Source: Candidatus Nealsonbacteria bacterium
Lineage (GTDB): Bacteria; Patescibacteriota; Minisyncoccia; Minisyncoccales; PWPS01
Assembly (NCBI GenBank): GCA_003555075.1
Contig: PWHW01000004.1
Location: 1 to 61,264, forward strand
Reading direction: 5' to 3'
DNA length: 61,264 nucleotides
The position numbers and the translations under genes are program-made. The notes below the pieces were generated by a model. The model saw only the letters and a program-made list of their open reading frames with translations. It ran no database searches and had not been told where the DNA came from. Positions 18,172 through 26,297 of the stretch are shown here, one piece after another (position 1 is the first letter of the stretch; each line of letters opens with the position of its first letter).

Positions 18172-19227
18172 ATGAAAAAATTAATTTTTGCGGGACTTCT
18201 TGTTTTTCTATTTTCCTTTCTTCCATTTAACAATAATGCGCAGGCCATGTGCGCGGGAGCGGAGAATCAAGCCTGGTGTGCCTGGGTTCAGGATATGGCT
18301 ACGATCTCCGAAGAGTGGGAGCAGATAATGCCCCAGTATGCAAGAATAAAGATGGCTGTTGAAGGAAGGGTTGCAGCCGACTTGGTAGAATATGATAGTG
18401 CCTTGATCAGGAGTTTTCTTTCTTTTTCGGGAATGCTTAGGAGTCTCCTCGGAGAGGCTGCTCCTCATTATGATCGGTTCAAAACAAGAATCTACTTGTG
18501 TGATTGTTATCCGGAGCTTTGTTATGAATGGTGTGACGAAAAGGAGGAATATGTATATATCGGACCTAAGTATCGTAACTTTTCTTGTGGGGATCAGTTC
18601 TTGGACAGAAGAGATTGCAAAGAATATGATACCGTTATAATAGGATATCAATGCTGGATGCAGGAGAATTTGGATTATTCAGATCATGAAGAGGGAGAGA
18701 GTTGGTGTTATTACGAGGATTCTTCGAATTGCAATACTTACGGAAGGTTGTACAACTGGGAGGCTGCAATGGAAGGGAGTGAGGCGGAAAGAACCACCGG
18801 AGTTTGCCCTGACATGGATGGTAACTGGCATCTACCCTCGGATGAGGATTGGATGGAGCTGGAATATTTTTTGGGAATGGATAAAGAAGACCTGGATGAA
18901 TTCGGTCATTGGGAGAGAAGTTCGGGTGATCCGGGTAAGAAAATGAAAGAAAAAGGAACTGATCACTGGCGTACCAATGACTATGCAGAACAAAGAGAAG
19001 GCGCTATTTGGAGCTATTCTCTTTTTAATGCTTTACCGGGAGGATATCGACATCACTTCACTCCGGGAAGTTTTCTTGCCATTTATGATTATGGATATTG
19101 GTGGACTTCCACGGTTTATAGTGACTGGAGTGCCATGAGGAGAAGTCTGGGAGCTGACAGAGCAGGAATAAAAAGAGATGCGGAGGCCAAAAGAAGCGGA
19201 TTTTCCGTGCGTTGTGTCATGGATTAA
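18172..19227 (+). CDS. Secreted FISUMP (Fibrobacter succinogenes major paralogous) domain protein
   Basis: IGYQCWMQENL, YGRLYNWEAA, WHLPSDEDW, FNALPGGYR, GYWWTST, GFSVRCV. Confidence 0.9.
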   Translation: MKKLIFAGLLVFLFSFLPFNNNAQAMCAGAENQAWCAWVQDMATISEEWEQIMPQYARIKMAVEGRVAADLVEYDSALIRSFLSFSGMLRSLLGEAAPHYDRFKTRIYLCDCYPELCYEWCDEKEEYVYIGPKYRNFSCGDQFLDRRDCKEYDTVIIGYQCWMQENLDYSDHEEGESWCYYEDSSNCNTYGRLYNWEAAMEGSEAERTTGVCPDMDGNWHLPSDEDWMELEYFLGMDKEDLDEFGHWERSSGDPGKKMKEKGTDHWRTNDYAEQREGAIWSYSLFNALPGGYRHHFTPGSFLAIYDYGYWWTSTVYSDWSAMRRSLGADRAGIKRDAEAKRSGFSVRCVMD

Positions 19228-19249
19228 AAAAAGAGAGGCGGATAACCTC

Positions 19250-19759
19250 TCAAACTCTTACTATGACCGCCCCTATGGAAAATTCTTCTTTTAGAGTGGA
19301 TAATAAATGCTCTTTTGAAGAGAGCTCCACTTCCTTGAAAAGAAGGTTTGTTTCAAAGAAGGATACGGGGTGTAAAGGGCAAAGGAACAGAAGTGCTATT
19401 CCCAGATCGTCTTTTATTCCTATCATCATCCACTTATCACTCTTTATGAGCGAATCCTTGTAATTTGCCAGATTGTTCAGGTCCCCGGCAGAAGGAGTTA
19501 GAGATGCTTCGTTCTTCTCGGGGTGAAAGTGAAGGGAACCCTCCCTTTTGCCCGGCAAGTAAATGGATGATCTTTCCGCACTTTCCGGTGGCCACTCCGA
19601 TGTATTGCCGAGAGTTATCTTTCCATAATGCATTTTCTTGTCGCTTTTGTGAACTACGAAACCGGATTCATATCCGTAAAGAGCGGTCATTTTTCCTGCC
19701 TTCCTTACTTTTCTAAGGAAAACAACGTCCTTTAGTAGACGTTTCAAGGCTTCATTCAT
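19250..19759 (-). CDS. JAB/MPN-like metal-binding protein
   Basis: YESGF upstream Glu plus SLHFHP...TPSAGDL (HxH..SxxD). Start re-set to the ATG after AAGGAGGG. Confidence 0.65.
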   Translation of the reverse strand: MNEALKRLLKDVVFLRKVRKAGKMTALYGYESGFVVHKSDKKMHYGKITLGNTSEWPPESAERSSIYLPGKREGSLHFHPEKNEASLTPSAGDLNNLANYKDSLIKSDKWMMIGIKDDLGIALLFLCPLHPVSFFETNLLFKEVELSSKEHLLSTLKEEFSIGAVIVRV

Positions 19760-19818
19760 CGCTTTCCCTCCTTTAAGAGATGTTTTTACCATAACATCTC
19801 ATTGCTATCTTGTAAATA

Positions 19819-19843
19819 AAAAGCCTCTTTAGAAGAGGCTTTT
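19819..19843 (-). terminator. Intrinsic terminator at the proB stop
   Basis: AAAAGCCTCT-ttaga-AGAGGCTTTT. Confidence 0.65.
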
Positions 19844-20627
19844 AAAGGGTCAATTCGGTATCTGCTTTTTCTCCCCTTATGAATTTAAGAATGGTCTTTT
19901 CTTTTAGTCTTATCCCAGAAATTCCTGCTCTTTTCACCCCTCCTTCAAGAGCAAGCATCCCTTCTCTTATTTTTGTATCTATTCCTCCCATTCCTGTTTT
20001 CGATTTTCCCGACACATTGGGTCTTTCAAGACCGTTTATCTCCCTGATCAGCTTAGCTTCTTCTTTTTCGGGATTTCTGTCGTACACCCCTCCTTGATCG
20101 GTGAGAAAGAGGATCGCGTCCGCCTCGATGAGTGCCGATATCATTCTGGCAAGCTTATCGTTCTCCGAAATACCTTGTTGCATCCAGCGTATCTCTTCAT
20201 CAGAAACGGGGTCGTTTTCATTTACTATGGGGATCACGGGCAATTCAATGCAATCAAGAAGCCCCTTCCTTATGTTATTCCTCTCATTGCAGTTACTCCA
20301 GTTGGCATGAGTTACAAGCATTTGGCATGTTTCTATGCCATGTGTTTTGAATACTTCTCCCCATTTATTGAGAAGGTATCTGCCTCCGATCCCTGCCAAC
20401 TCCTTTTTATTCAATCTTTCAATTACGGAATGGAAGTTGGGACGATCCTTTAGCGCTTCTTTTCCCGCTTGTATTGCTCCGGAAGATACTATTACGATTC
20501 CTACTCCTTCCTTTTTTGCTTCCGAGACTTGATTTGCCACGTGGTAAAAGATGTTGTTGTTTAGCTTTCCGTTCTGCTTGTTGGACATCAAGGATCCCGT
20601 GCCGAATTTCAAGACCACTTTAAACAT
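19842..20627 (-). CDS. proB: Glutamate 5-kinase, short form lacking the PUA domain
   Basis: VVLKFGTGSL, IVIVSSGAIQAG, PIVNENDPVS..EI, ENDKLA, TDQGGVYDRNP, GMGGIDTKI. Confidence 0.9.
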   Translation of the reverse strand: MFKVVLKFGTGSLMSNKQNGKLNNNIFYHVANQVSEAKKEGVGIVIVSSGAIQAGKEALKDRPNFHSVIERLNKKELAGIGGRYLLNKWGEVFKTHGIETCQMLVTHANWSNCNERNNIRKGLLDCIELPVIPIVNENDPVSDEEIRWMQQGISENDKLARMISALIEADAILFLTDQGGVYDRNPEKEEAKLIREINGLERPNVSGKSKTGMGGIDTKIREGMLALEGGVKRAGISGIRLKEKTILKFIRGEKADTELTL

Positions 20628-20665
20628 TTTATCCCTCCCTTTTTTATTTTATAAAGAACTAATAT

Positions 20666-20730
20666 AAAAATCGCCCTTTTGGCGATCTTGTCATGGAGAG
20701 TCAAAAAGTTTTGCCTTAAAGGGCAAAACT
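20666..20730 (-). terminator. Two tandem terminator-like hairpins in the proB leader (attenuator)
   Basis: Minus strand: AGUUUUGCC-cuuuaa-GGCAAAAC-UUUUU (20730-20703) and AUCGCC-aaaag-GGCGAU-UUUU (20686-20666). Confidence 0.65.
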
Positions 20731-20796
20731 AATCAGACCCTCCGCATTAGGTGGTAGGATCGTGAAAACACCCTCTTTTGACTTTCTGATCTTCAT
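20716..20796 (-). CDS. Putative proB leader peptide (26 aa, contains Pro-Pro)
   Basis: Manual translation: MKIRKSKEGVFTILPPNAEGLISFAL*. The ATG lies at the predicted TSS and the stop codon is in the loop of the first hairpin. Confidence 0.55.
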   Translation of the reverse strand: MKIRKSKEGVFTILPPNAEGLISFAL

Positions 20797-20804
20797 TGGC
20801 GCAA

Positions 20805-20833
20805 ATTATTACTCAAAAATAATGATCTGTCAA
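20805..20833 (-). promoter_or_regulatory. Sigma70-type promoter of the proB leader
   Basis: Minus strand TTGACA-N17-AATAAT. Confidence 0.7.
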
Positions 20834-20847
20834 GGTTAAAAATAAAA

Positions 20848-20869
20848 AAAGGCACCAAAAGGTGCCTTT
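20848..20869 (-). terminator. Intrinsic terminator
   Basis: AAAGGCACC-aaaa-GGTGCCTTT, with a U-run on the minus strand, at the stop of 20868-21371. Confidence 0.7.
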
Positions 20870-21371
20870 ATTCCGCTTTGCAGAGAAGTTCAAAAATGTG
20901 ATCTTTTCTTAGCTTTTCAAGACCAAAAGCCCGCTTGAAAAGAGAAACCACTCTTTTTTTCTCTTCTTTGTCAGAGAAATGTCCCAAAGTAGAGAGTTTG
21001 AATGGCAATACTTTTACTCCGTTCTTTGAGGGTTTTATACTTCTTATACAATTTGGATCGTCACATGCCGTATATTCTAAGGAAACAAACGGCTCCCCGT
21101 TACGGCGAGTGAACATGAAATTCCTTATCTTGCTTTGTTTGCACTGAGGGCAAAGCATTTCAGTGTCCACTTTTTCTCCTTGAGTTAGAATCCAATTAAG
21201 ATGCAACTCAAAAGGACTTTTTCCGTTAGCCACATTTTTTGTTCTGCAAAGCTCCTTTTGCATTGACATTAAGCGACGATAATCAAGGAAGGCCAATTTT
21301 TCCATGGAAAGGCCTTTCATTTCTCTTCTCTTGAAAATATAGGGTCTAGAAGGACGATAATTGTCTTCCAT
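20868..21371 (-). CDS. Cys-containing hypothetical protein, paralog of 17529-18026
   Basis: MLCPQCK and YTACDDPNC; ATG at 21371 after an AAGGAGG RBS. Confidence 0.8.
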   Translation of the reverse strand: MEDNYRPSRPYIFKRREMKGLSMEKLAFLDYRRLMSMQKELCRTKNVANGKSPFELHLNWILTQGEKVDTEMLCPQCKQSKIRNFMFTRRNGEPFVSLEYTACDDPNCIRSIKPSKNGVKVLPFKLSTLGHFSDKEEKKRVVSLFKRAFGLEKLRKDHIFELLCKAE

Positions 21372-21975
21372 TCCAGATAACCTCCTTTCTTTCATTTTGT
21401 TGAATTGCAAAGAGAGTGCGCAATTTCTTCTCACAAGTTTAATTATTATGAATTCCAACCTCACTTGCTCTTTGGATGCTCATAATCATGGCAGCAGGGC
21501 ATTGCACCGTGCCTACCAAGGGAAATAGAGAACTCTTTTGGGTACTCAAACTTTGTTAATTTCCTGCTTGAATGATATGAGTTATTATTTTGAATTCTTG
21601 ATCTGTAGTAAATCAACTACAAGAGTGAGGTTTCTTTTCCTTTTCTTCCTCCGACTTGCTCTTGCAAGGAGAGGGAGAGAAAGAAAAAAAACTGGGACTC
21701 TTGTGAGCATAAATCTCGGAAGATAGATCGCTTTATAAGCGAGCTTGCCGATCACTCTCTTTTAAATGAATCGCAAGTCAATGCTACATCCCTCCTTTTT
21801 GTCTTTTCTGTAAAGAACAAATAATCCAAGAAACTTATAGTATAAAAAGGTTTCTCTGTCAAGTAATTTTACATGATCTTTCTAATTAAAGGGTTAAAAG
21901 ATGGTGATACCATTTTCAATCAAGAAAAAAAGGTGCTTTTGCAAGCACCTTATTCTTAGTCTCGAGATTTTTGAT

Positions 21976-23193
21976 CTAATCGAGTACTTCGAGTCGAACA
22001 GGTCCTACTCCTCGACCCTTTATTCCAAGCTCTTGTGCGGCTCTCATTGAAAGATCTATAACTCGACTGGTGTGGGGGACCCATTCTCCGCCTGACCTTT
22101 CATACGGCCCCCTGTCATTAATTCTTACAATGATACTGTTTTTTGTTTCCAAGCATACCACTCTGACTCTTGTCCCAAAAGGGATATTATGCGCTGCCGC
22201 TGTCATTGCGTGCATGTTAAAGACTTCTCCCGAGGCGGTATTGCGTCCATGAAAAGTACCTCCGTACCAAGAAGCAAGCCCTTCCCGAGTTTGGGTTACA
22301 GGTGGCTCGCTAACTTCTTTTTCGTGCTCATAAGTGTAATCTTCCGGAGCTTTTTGAGGATTACTCCTTAGGGTTTTCAGCGTCTTTTTACCAACAACTC
22401 CGTCTACACTTATGTCGTTAACATCCTGAAAACCGAGCACTGCTTGCCTTGTCATTGGTCCGAATATTCCATCAATATCTCCTTCATAGTAGTGAAACTT
22501 GGCCAATTTTTCCTGTAAGGCTTTTACCACTTCTCCTTCAGACCCGCTTTTAAGCGGTAAAGAAGATGAGGAGATCTTCTTCTGGGGGGTAAGGGGTGGT
22601 TCGTCCGTTGCCTCGCTCTTTACTTCTCTTTTCTTACTCTCAATGCTTTTCTCTGCTGTTTTTACTTCGGTGATATCATCCTTTTCTTTCGCAACTTCCA
22701 CTTCCTGCTTGATCAAAAAATCTTCTCCTTCTACCTTGACAACCCTTTCATCTTCATCCCAAGTAAGCTCGTAGTCAAAGAAATTTGCCAAATTTCGCAA
22801 AGGAACGAACAGCTTTCCTTCACGGTATTCCGGTAAAACTTCCAAGTCTTGCTCTTGATCGTCAACTTTGATTGTTTCTTTCGTGATGTGGAGCTCAGCT
22901 TGATCCTCGTTTTGCCCGTGGACAGCATTTTCCTCGTCAATCCACTTGAGCTTACCATCTTCAATCGAGAAAAAATCCTTCACGGATACCAAAACTCTTC
23001 CCTCTTTCAAGATGGGGGAAGATTCAAGATAGTACTCTTCCTTCTCTTCTTCGTGGACTATTTCCTCGTGGATCTTGTTTCCTAATTTTGTGAGCCCTTT
23101 TCCTTCTTCTTCCTCTTTTATGGTCTGCGTAGCAATTGCAGGCAAAAGAAGAAGAAAAACGAAAGTCATTACCAAAACGACTTTCCTCTTCAC
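21976..23193 (-). CDS. rlpA: RlpA-family lytic transglycosylase with copper-amine-oxidase N-terminal (stalk) and peptidoglycan-binding domains
   Basis: GLASWYG..FHGRNTASGE.FNM.AMTAA, VRINDRGPY, IDLS..AA..LG. LKSGSEGEVVKALQ..DGIFGP. FVPLRNLANFFDYELTWD. Confidence 0.88.
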   Translation of the reverse strand: MKRKVVLVMTFVFLLLLPAIATQTIKEEEEGKGLTKLGNKIHEEIVHEEEKEEYYLESSPILKEGRVLVSVKDFFSIEDGKLKWIDEENAVHGQNEDQAELHITKETIKVDDQEQDLEVLPEYREGKLFVPLRNLANFFDYELTWDEDERVVKVEGEDFLIKQEVEVAKEKDDITEVKTAEKSIESKKREVKSEATDEPPLTPQKKISSSSLPLKSGSEGEVVKALQEKLAKFHYYEGDIDGIFGPMTRQAVLGFQDVNDISVDGVVGKKTLKTLRSNPQKAPEDYTYEHEKEVSEPPVTQTREGLASWYGGTFHGRNTASGEVFNMHAMTAAAHNIPFGTRVRVVCLETKNSIIVRINDRGPYERSGGEWVPHTSRVIDLSMRAAQELGIKGRGVGPVRLEVLD

Positions 23194-23428
23194 TTTGAAG
23201 ACCTCCTTTCGAGTCTAGATAAAAGAACAAACTGTTTGCCGCTTTTCGGCCGGGAATTTACCTTTGAAACCCTCCTTTCTTTCAAAGTATGCTTAACTTT
23301 TAGCAAAAGCGGGAAAGGTTGTCAAGGGCTTTTTGCTTGTTAATTTCTTTATGTTATCATTAAAATAGGTTTTTTAACCTTCAAAAAAGGTCAATACAAA
23401 GGTTATTAAAAGTTTAAAAAAAATAAAA

Positions 23429-24541
23429 ATGAGTACAAAAACAATTATTGCACTGGTGGTAATACTTGTCATCGCAGGAGGAGCTTACTTTCTGCTCCAA
23501 GACGAACTGCTTACCCCCGAACAAGAAGTTTTGAGTGCGATGAAAAATACCAAGGAGGCTGATTCTCTTACGATGGATTTGGAAATAAACGCTAATATGG
23601 TGGAAGATGGTGAAGAAGTTTCTTTTGTTCTCGGAATGTTGAGTGATATCGACAGAAGAGAGGAAGGGTCAATGAGTTCGGATATCAATGGAGAAGTTGT
23701 GGCAGAAGGGATGGCCGTAAATTTTGGAGGCGGTCTTACTTATGCGGATGACAACCTCTACGCAAGAGTGGATACCTTTCCTTCCGTTCTTTTTCCCGAT
23801 CTACCCCAAGAGATAAGTGATCTCATTGGAGTGGAGATATTGGTGGTCGAAGAAGTGTCAGAAAAAGTAGAGGAGGGTCTTGAGGAAACGGATGAAGAAT
23901 TGGCCAGGATGTTTAAGGAAGAAGGCGTGGACCCCATGACCATGAAAGAGCTCATGGAAGAACTTGAAGGTATATTTGATAAGGCCCTTGAAGAGGGAGT
24001 AGTGGAGGTAACAGAAGTGGAAAGTGATGAAATAGAAGGCGAGAGGGCTACCAAATACACTGTGTTGGTCAATTATGAAAAAGTTCCCGACTTTGTTCTT
24101 GAAGTAGTAGAAGAGCATGAGGAGATCTTTCCAGGGATTGGCAAAGAGGAGGTTGAAGAGAGCATGGAGCAGTTAAAAGAAGAAATAGAAGAAACGGAGG
24201 ATCTTGAGAAGATGGAATTCTATATATGGACCGACGGAAGGTATGTAATAAAAGCTCAGTTCTCTCAAGATTTAGAAGAAGAGCTTTCTCTGGAAGTTAT
24301 TGTTCGCTTCAAGAATTTCAACGAAGATTTTGACATTACAGCACCTGAAGAGTTTATGACCCTTGAGGAGGTAGAGGAGATATTTATGGAAATGCTCCAT
24401 CCTTTCGGGCCTGCCCCCATGCCGGATTTTGAAATAGAGGAGGACATAACAGAGGATGAAATCATAATAGATGACATAGAAGAAATAGAGGAGGAAATGG
24501 ATGGCATAGAAGATATTGAGGATATAGAGAATATTCTCTAG
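23429..24541 (+). CDS. Membrane-anchored acidic LolA/LppX-like (DUF6612-like) protein, paralog 1
   Basis: N-terminal TM helix; YADDNLYARV; FKNFNEDFDITAPEE. Confidence 0.7.
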   Translation: MSTKTIIALVVILVIAGGAYFLLQDELLTPEQEVLSAMKNTKEADSLTMDLEINANMVEDGEEVSFVLGMLSDIDRREEGSMSSDINGEVVAEGMAVNFGGGLTYADDNLYARVDTFPSVLFPDLPQEISDLIGVEILVVEEVSEKVEEGLEETDEELARMFKEEGVDPMTMKELMEELEGIFDKALEEGVVEVTEVESDEIEGERATKYTVLVNYEKVPDFVLEVVEEHEEIFPGIGKEEVEESMEQLKEEIEETEDLEKMEFYIWTDGRYVIKAQFSQDLEEELSLEVIVRFKNFNEDFDITAPEEFMTLEEVEEIFMEMLHPFGPAPMPDFEIEEDITEDEIIIDDIEEIEEEMDGIEDIEDIENIL

Positions 24542-24662
24542 GAAGCCAGTGGAGTTTAGGATGTAAAGAAGAAAAGGGGTCTTGAGGTGTGAACTCTCTT
24601 AGGCCCCTTTCTTCATTTCCGTCAAAAAGGTCATATTTAAACATCAATAGAGCTTAAAAAAG

Positions 24663-25673
24663 ATGAGTGCAAAAATAATTGGGGCATTGGTCGCGCTTCT
24701 TCTTGTTCTTTCGGGGATCTATCTGCTCTTCGGATCACCTGTTTCTGATGAGGAAAAACTTATGAGAGCGGAAAGAAATATGAGAGCTCTTGATTCTTAT
24801 GGAGTGGACATAATGACGAGTACCGAGTTTGTTGGTGCAAAAGAGGAGGTGAAATTTCAAGGTAATGTTCTTGTTGATAATGAGGAGAAAGCAGGTCGAG
24901 GAGACGGAGAGTTAACGATCTTAACAGAAGGAGTAACAATGCTCTTTGAAGGTTCGCTAACCTATGTTGACGACAATCTCTACGCAAGAGTGGATACATT
25001 GCCTGCCGCTCCTTTTCTCCCTGTGGAGATAAGAGATATAAGAGGCAAGGAAGTATTAATAGTGGAGAATTTGATGTCAGAAGTCGATTCTCTTTTAGGA
25101 GAAATTTCGGAAGAAAGAGAGATAGAGGATTTAACAGTGGAAGGTATTATGAAGGACTTGGAAGAATATTCCATGGCACTATGGGAAGAGGGTGCAATAA
25201 AAGTAATGGACGTAAAGATTGATGATCTAGATGGGGAGATTGTAAGAAAATATGAGCTTGCGGTGGAAGGCGACGTGGTAAATGATGCCACAAAAGAACT
25301 CATGGAAACATATGAGGTTTATGAGATGCTTGAAAATATGTTGGGTCTTAAAGAGGGAGAGTTTGCAGAAGAGATGGAGAAAGAGCTTAAAGACGCTTAT
25401 GAGGATGTAGAACTCTACGTTTGGTCTGATGGGGAGCATATCTTAAAGGTAAAAAGCCTTTCCACTACGAAGATAAGTAGCGAGGATCTTGAAGGGTTGG
25501 CAAAAGAGGATGACCTTCCAAGAGAAGCAAGAACGGTCACGGAAATACGATATCATAGCTTCAATGAGGATTTTGAAATAGAAGCTCCCGAAGAATACTT
25601 AATTCTTGAAGAGGTGTTGAGAGGTTTTTCATCTCCTGCTTTTGGTCCGCCTGAGAGGGAAATGATCTTTTAG
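24663..25673 (+). CDS. Membrane-anchored acidic LolA/LppX-like protein, paralog 2
   Basis: YVDDNLYARV; YHSFNEDFEIEAPEE; tandem with paralog 1. Confidence 0.7.
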   Translation: MSAKIIGALVALLLVLSGIYLLFGSPVSDEEKLMRAERNMRALDSYGVDIMTSTEFVGAKEEVKFQGNVLVDNEEKAGRGDGELTILTEGVTMLFEGSLTYVDDNLYARVDTLPAAPFLPVEIRDIRGKEVLIVENLMSEVDSLLGEISEEREIEDLTVEGIMKDLEEYSMALWEEGAIKVMDVKIDDLDGEIVRKYELAVEGDVVNDATKELMETYEVYEMLENMLGLKEGEFAEEMEKELKDAYEDVELYVWSDGEHILKVKSLSTTKISSEDLEGLAKEDDLPREARTVTEIRYHSFNEDFEIEAPEEYLILEEVLRGFSSPAFGPPEREMIF

Positions 25674-25709
25674 ACAAGGGTGAAGCACTTTATGGTGAAA
25701 AATAAAAAA

Positions 25710-25736
25710 AAGGCGTAAGATAATTTCTTACGCCTT
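25710..25736. terminator. Bidirectional terminator
   Basis: AAGGCGTAAGA-taatt-TCTTACGCCTT. Confidence 0.7.
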
Positions 25737-26147
25737 GGAACAAGGAGAATTCTTCAGTTTTTCATCAATCCTTTCATAAAGAAGATCGATATCTCTTTCG
25801 GAAAAGACTTGTTCTTCGCGATCTCGCGACCCTCTTGCCCAAAGATTCAGTGCAAGGAATTCTTTTTGCGTGAGTTCCAGCTTGGAGGCAGCACTTTCCA
25901 CCTCCTTGAAGTAAGGATTTCCAGCGCTATTAACGGAGCACCCTCTTCCTTTTTCTTTTTCAGTCTCGCTTTTTCGAAATAAAAGGAAGATCCTTATATA
26001 GCTCAGTAGATCTCTTTCTTTTTCATTTATTTTCTTTTTGTGAAGTATTCTTTCTATTTTCTCTTCCATTTTGGAGACTTTTTCGGAAGGGAAAGAGGAG
26101 TCGCTCGCGCGTGCACGAAGTTCGTTCTTGCCTCTTTTCATGGCCAT
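25728..26147 (-). CDS. Hypothetical protein
   Basis: 139-aa ORF with an AAGGGGAGGG RBS and a terminator at the stop. Confidence 0.65.
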   Translation of the reverse strand: MAMKRGKNELRARASDSSFPSEKVSKMEEKIERILHKKKINEKERDLLSYIRIFLLFRKSETEKEKGRGCSVNSAGNPYFKEVESAASKLELTQKEFLALNLWARGSRDREEQVFSERDIDLLYERIDEKLKNSPCSKA

Positions 26148-26297
26148 CCCTCCCCTTTTAAATTCTCCTCGTTTTAAAAGGTGCTTCTTTTCAATATATC
26201 ATAAAAAAAGTACTCGTTGTACAGTATTTTGCGTTGCTTATTTACTTTTTTTTGTTATAATGGTGAAACATTAGAAATTCATATTCTTTGCTGACTT

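Noticed and set aside
20627-20800. T-box riboswitch upstream of proB
   Set aside because: AGAGGGTGTTTTCACG only loosely resembles the T-box and lacks UGGN. The leader is too short for Stem I and has no recognisable specifier loop.
21465-21975. 500-bp gap with an AAGGAGGG site on the minus strand, possible pseudogene
   Set aside because: All frames after the SD stop early, and no recognisable protein or RNA motif was found.
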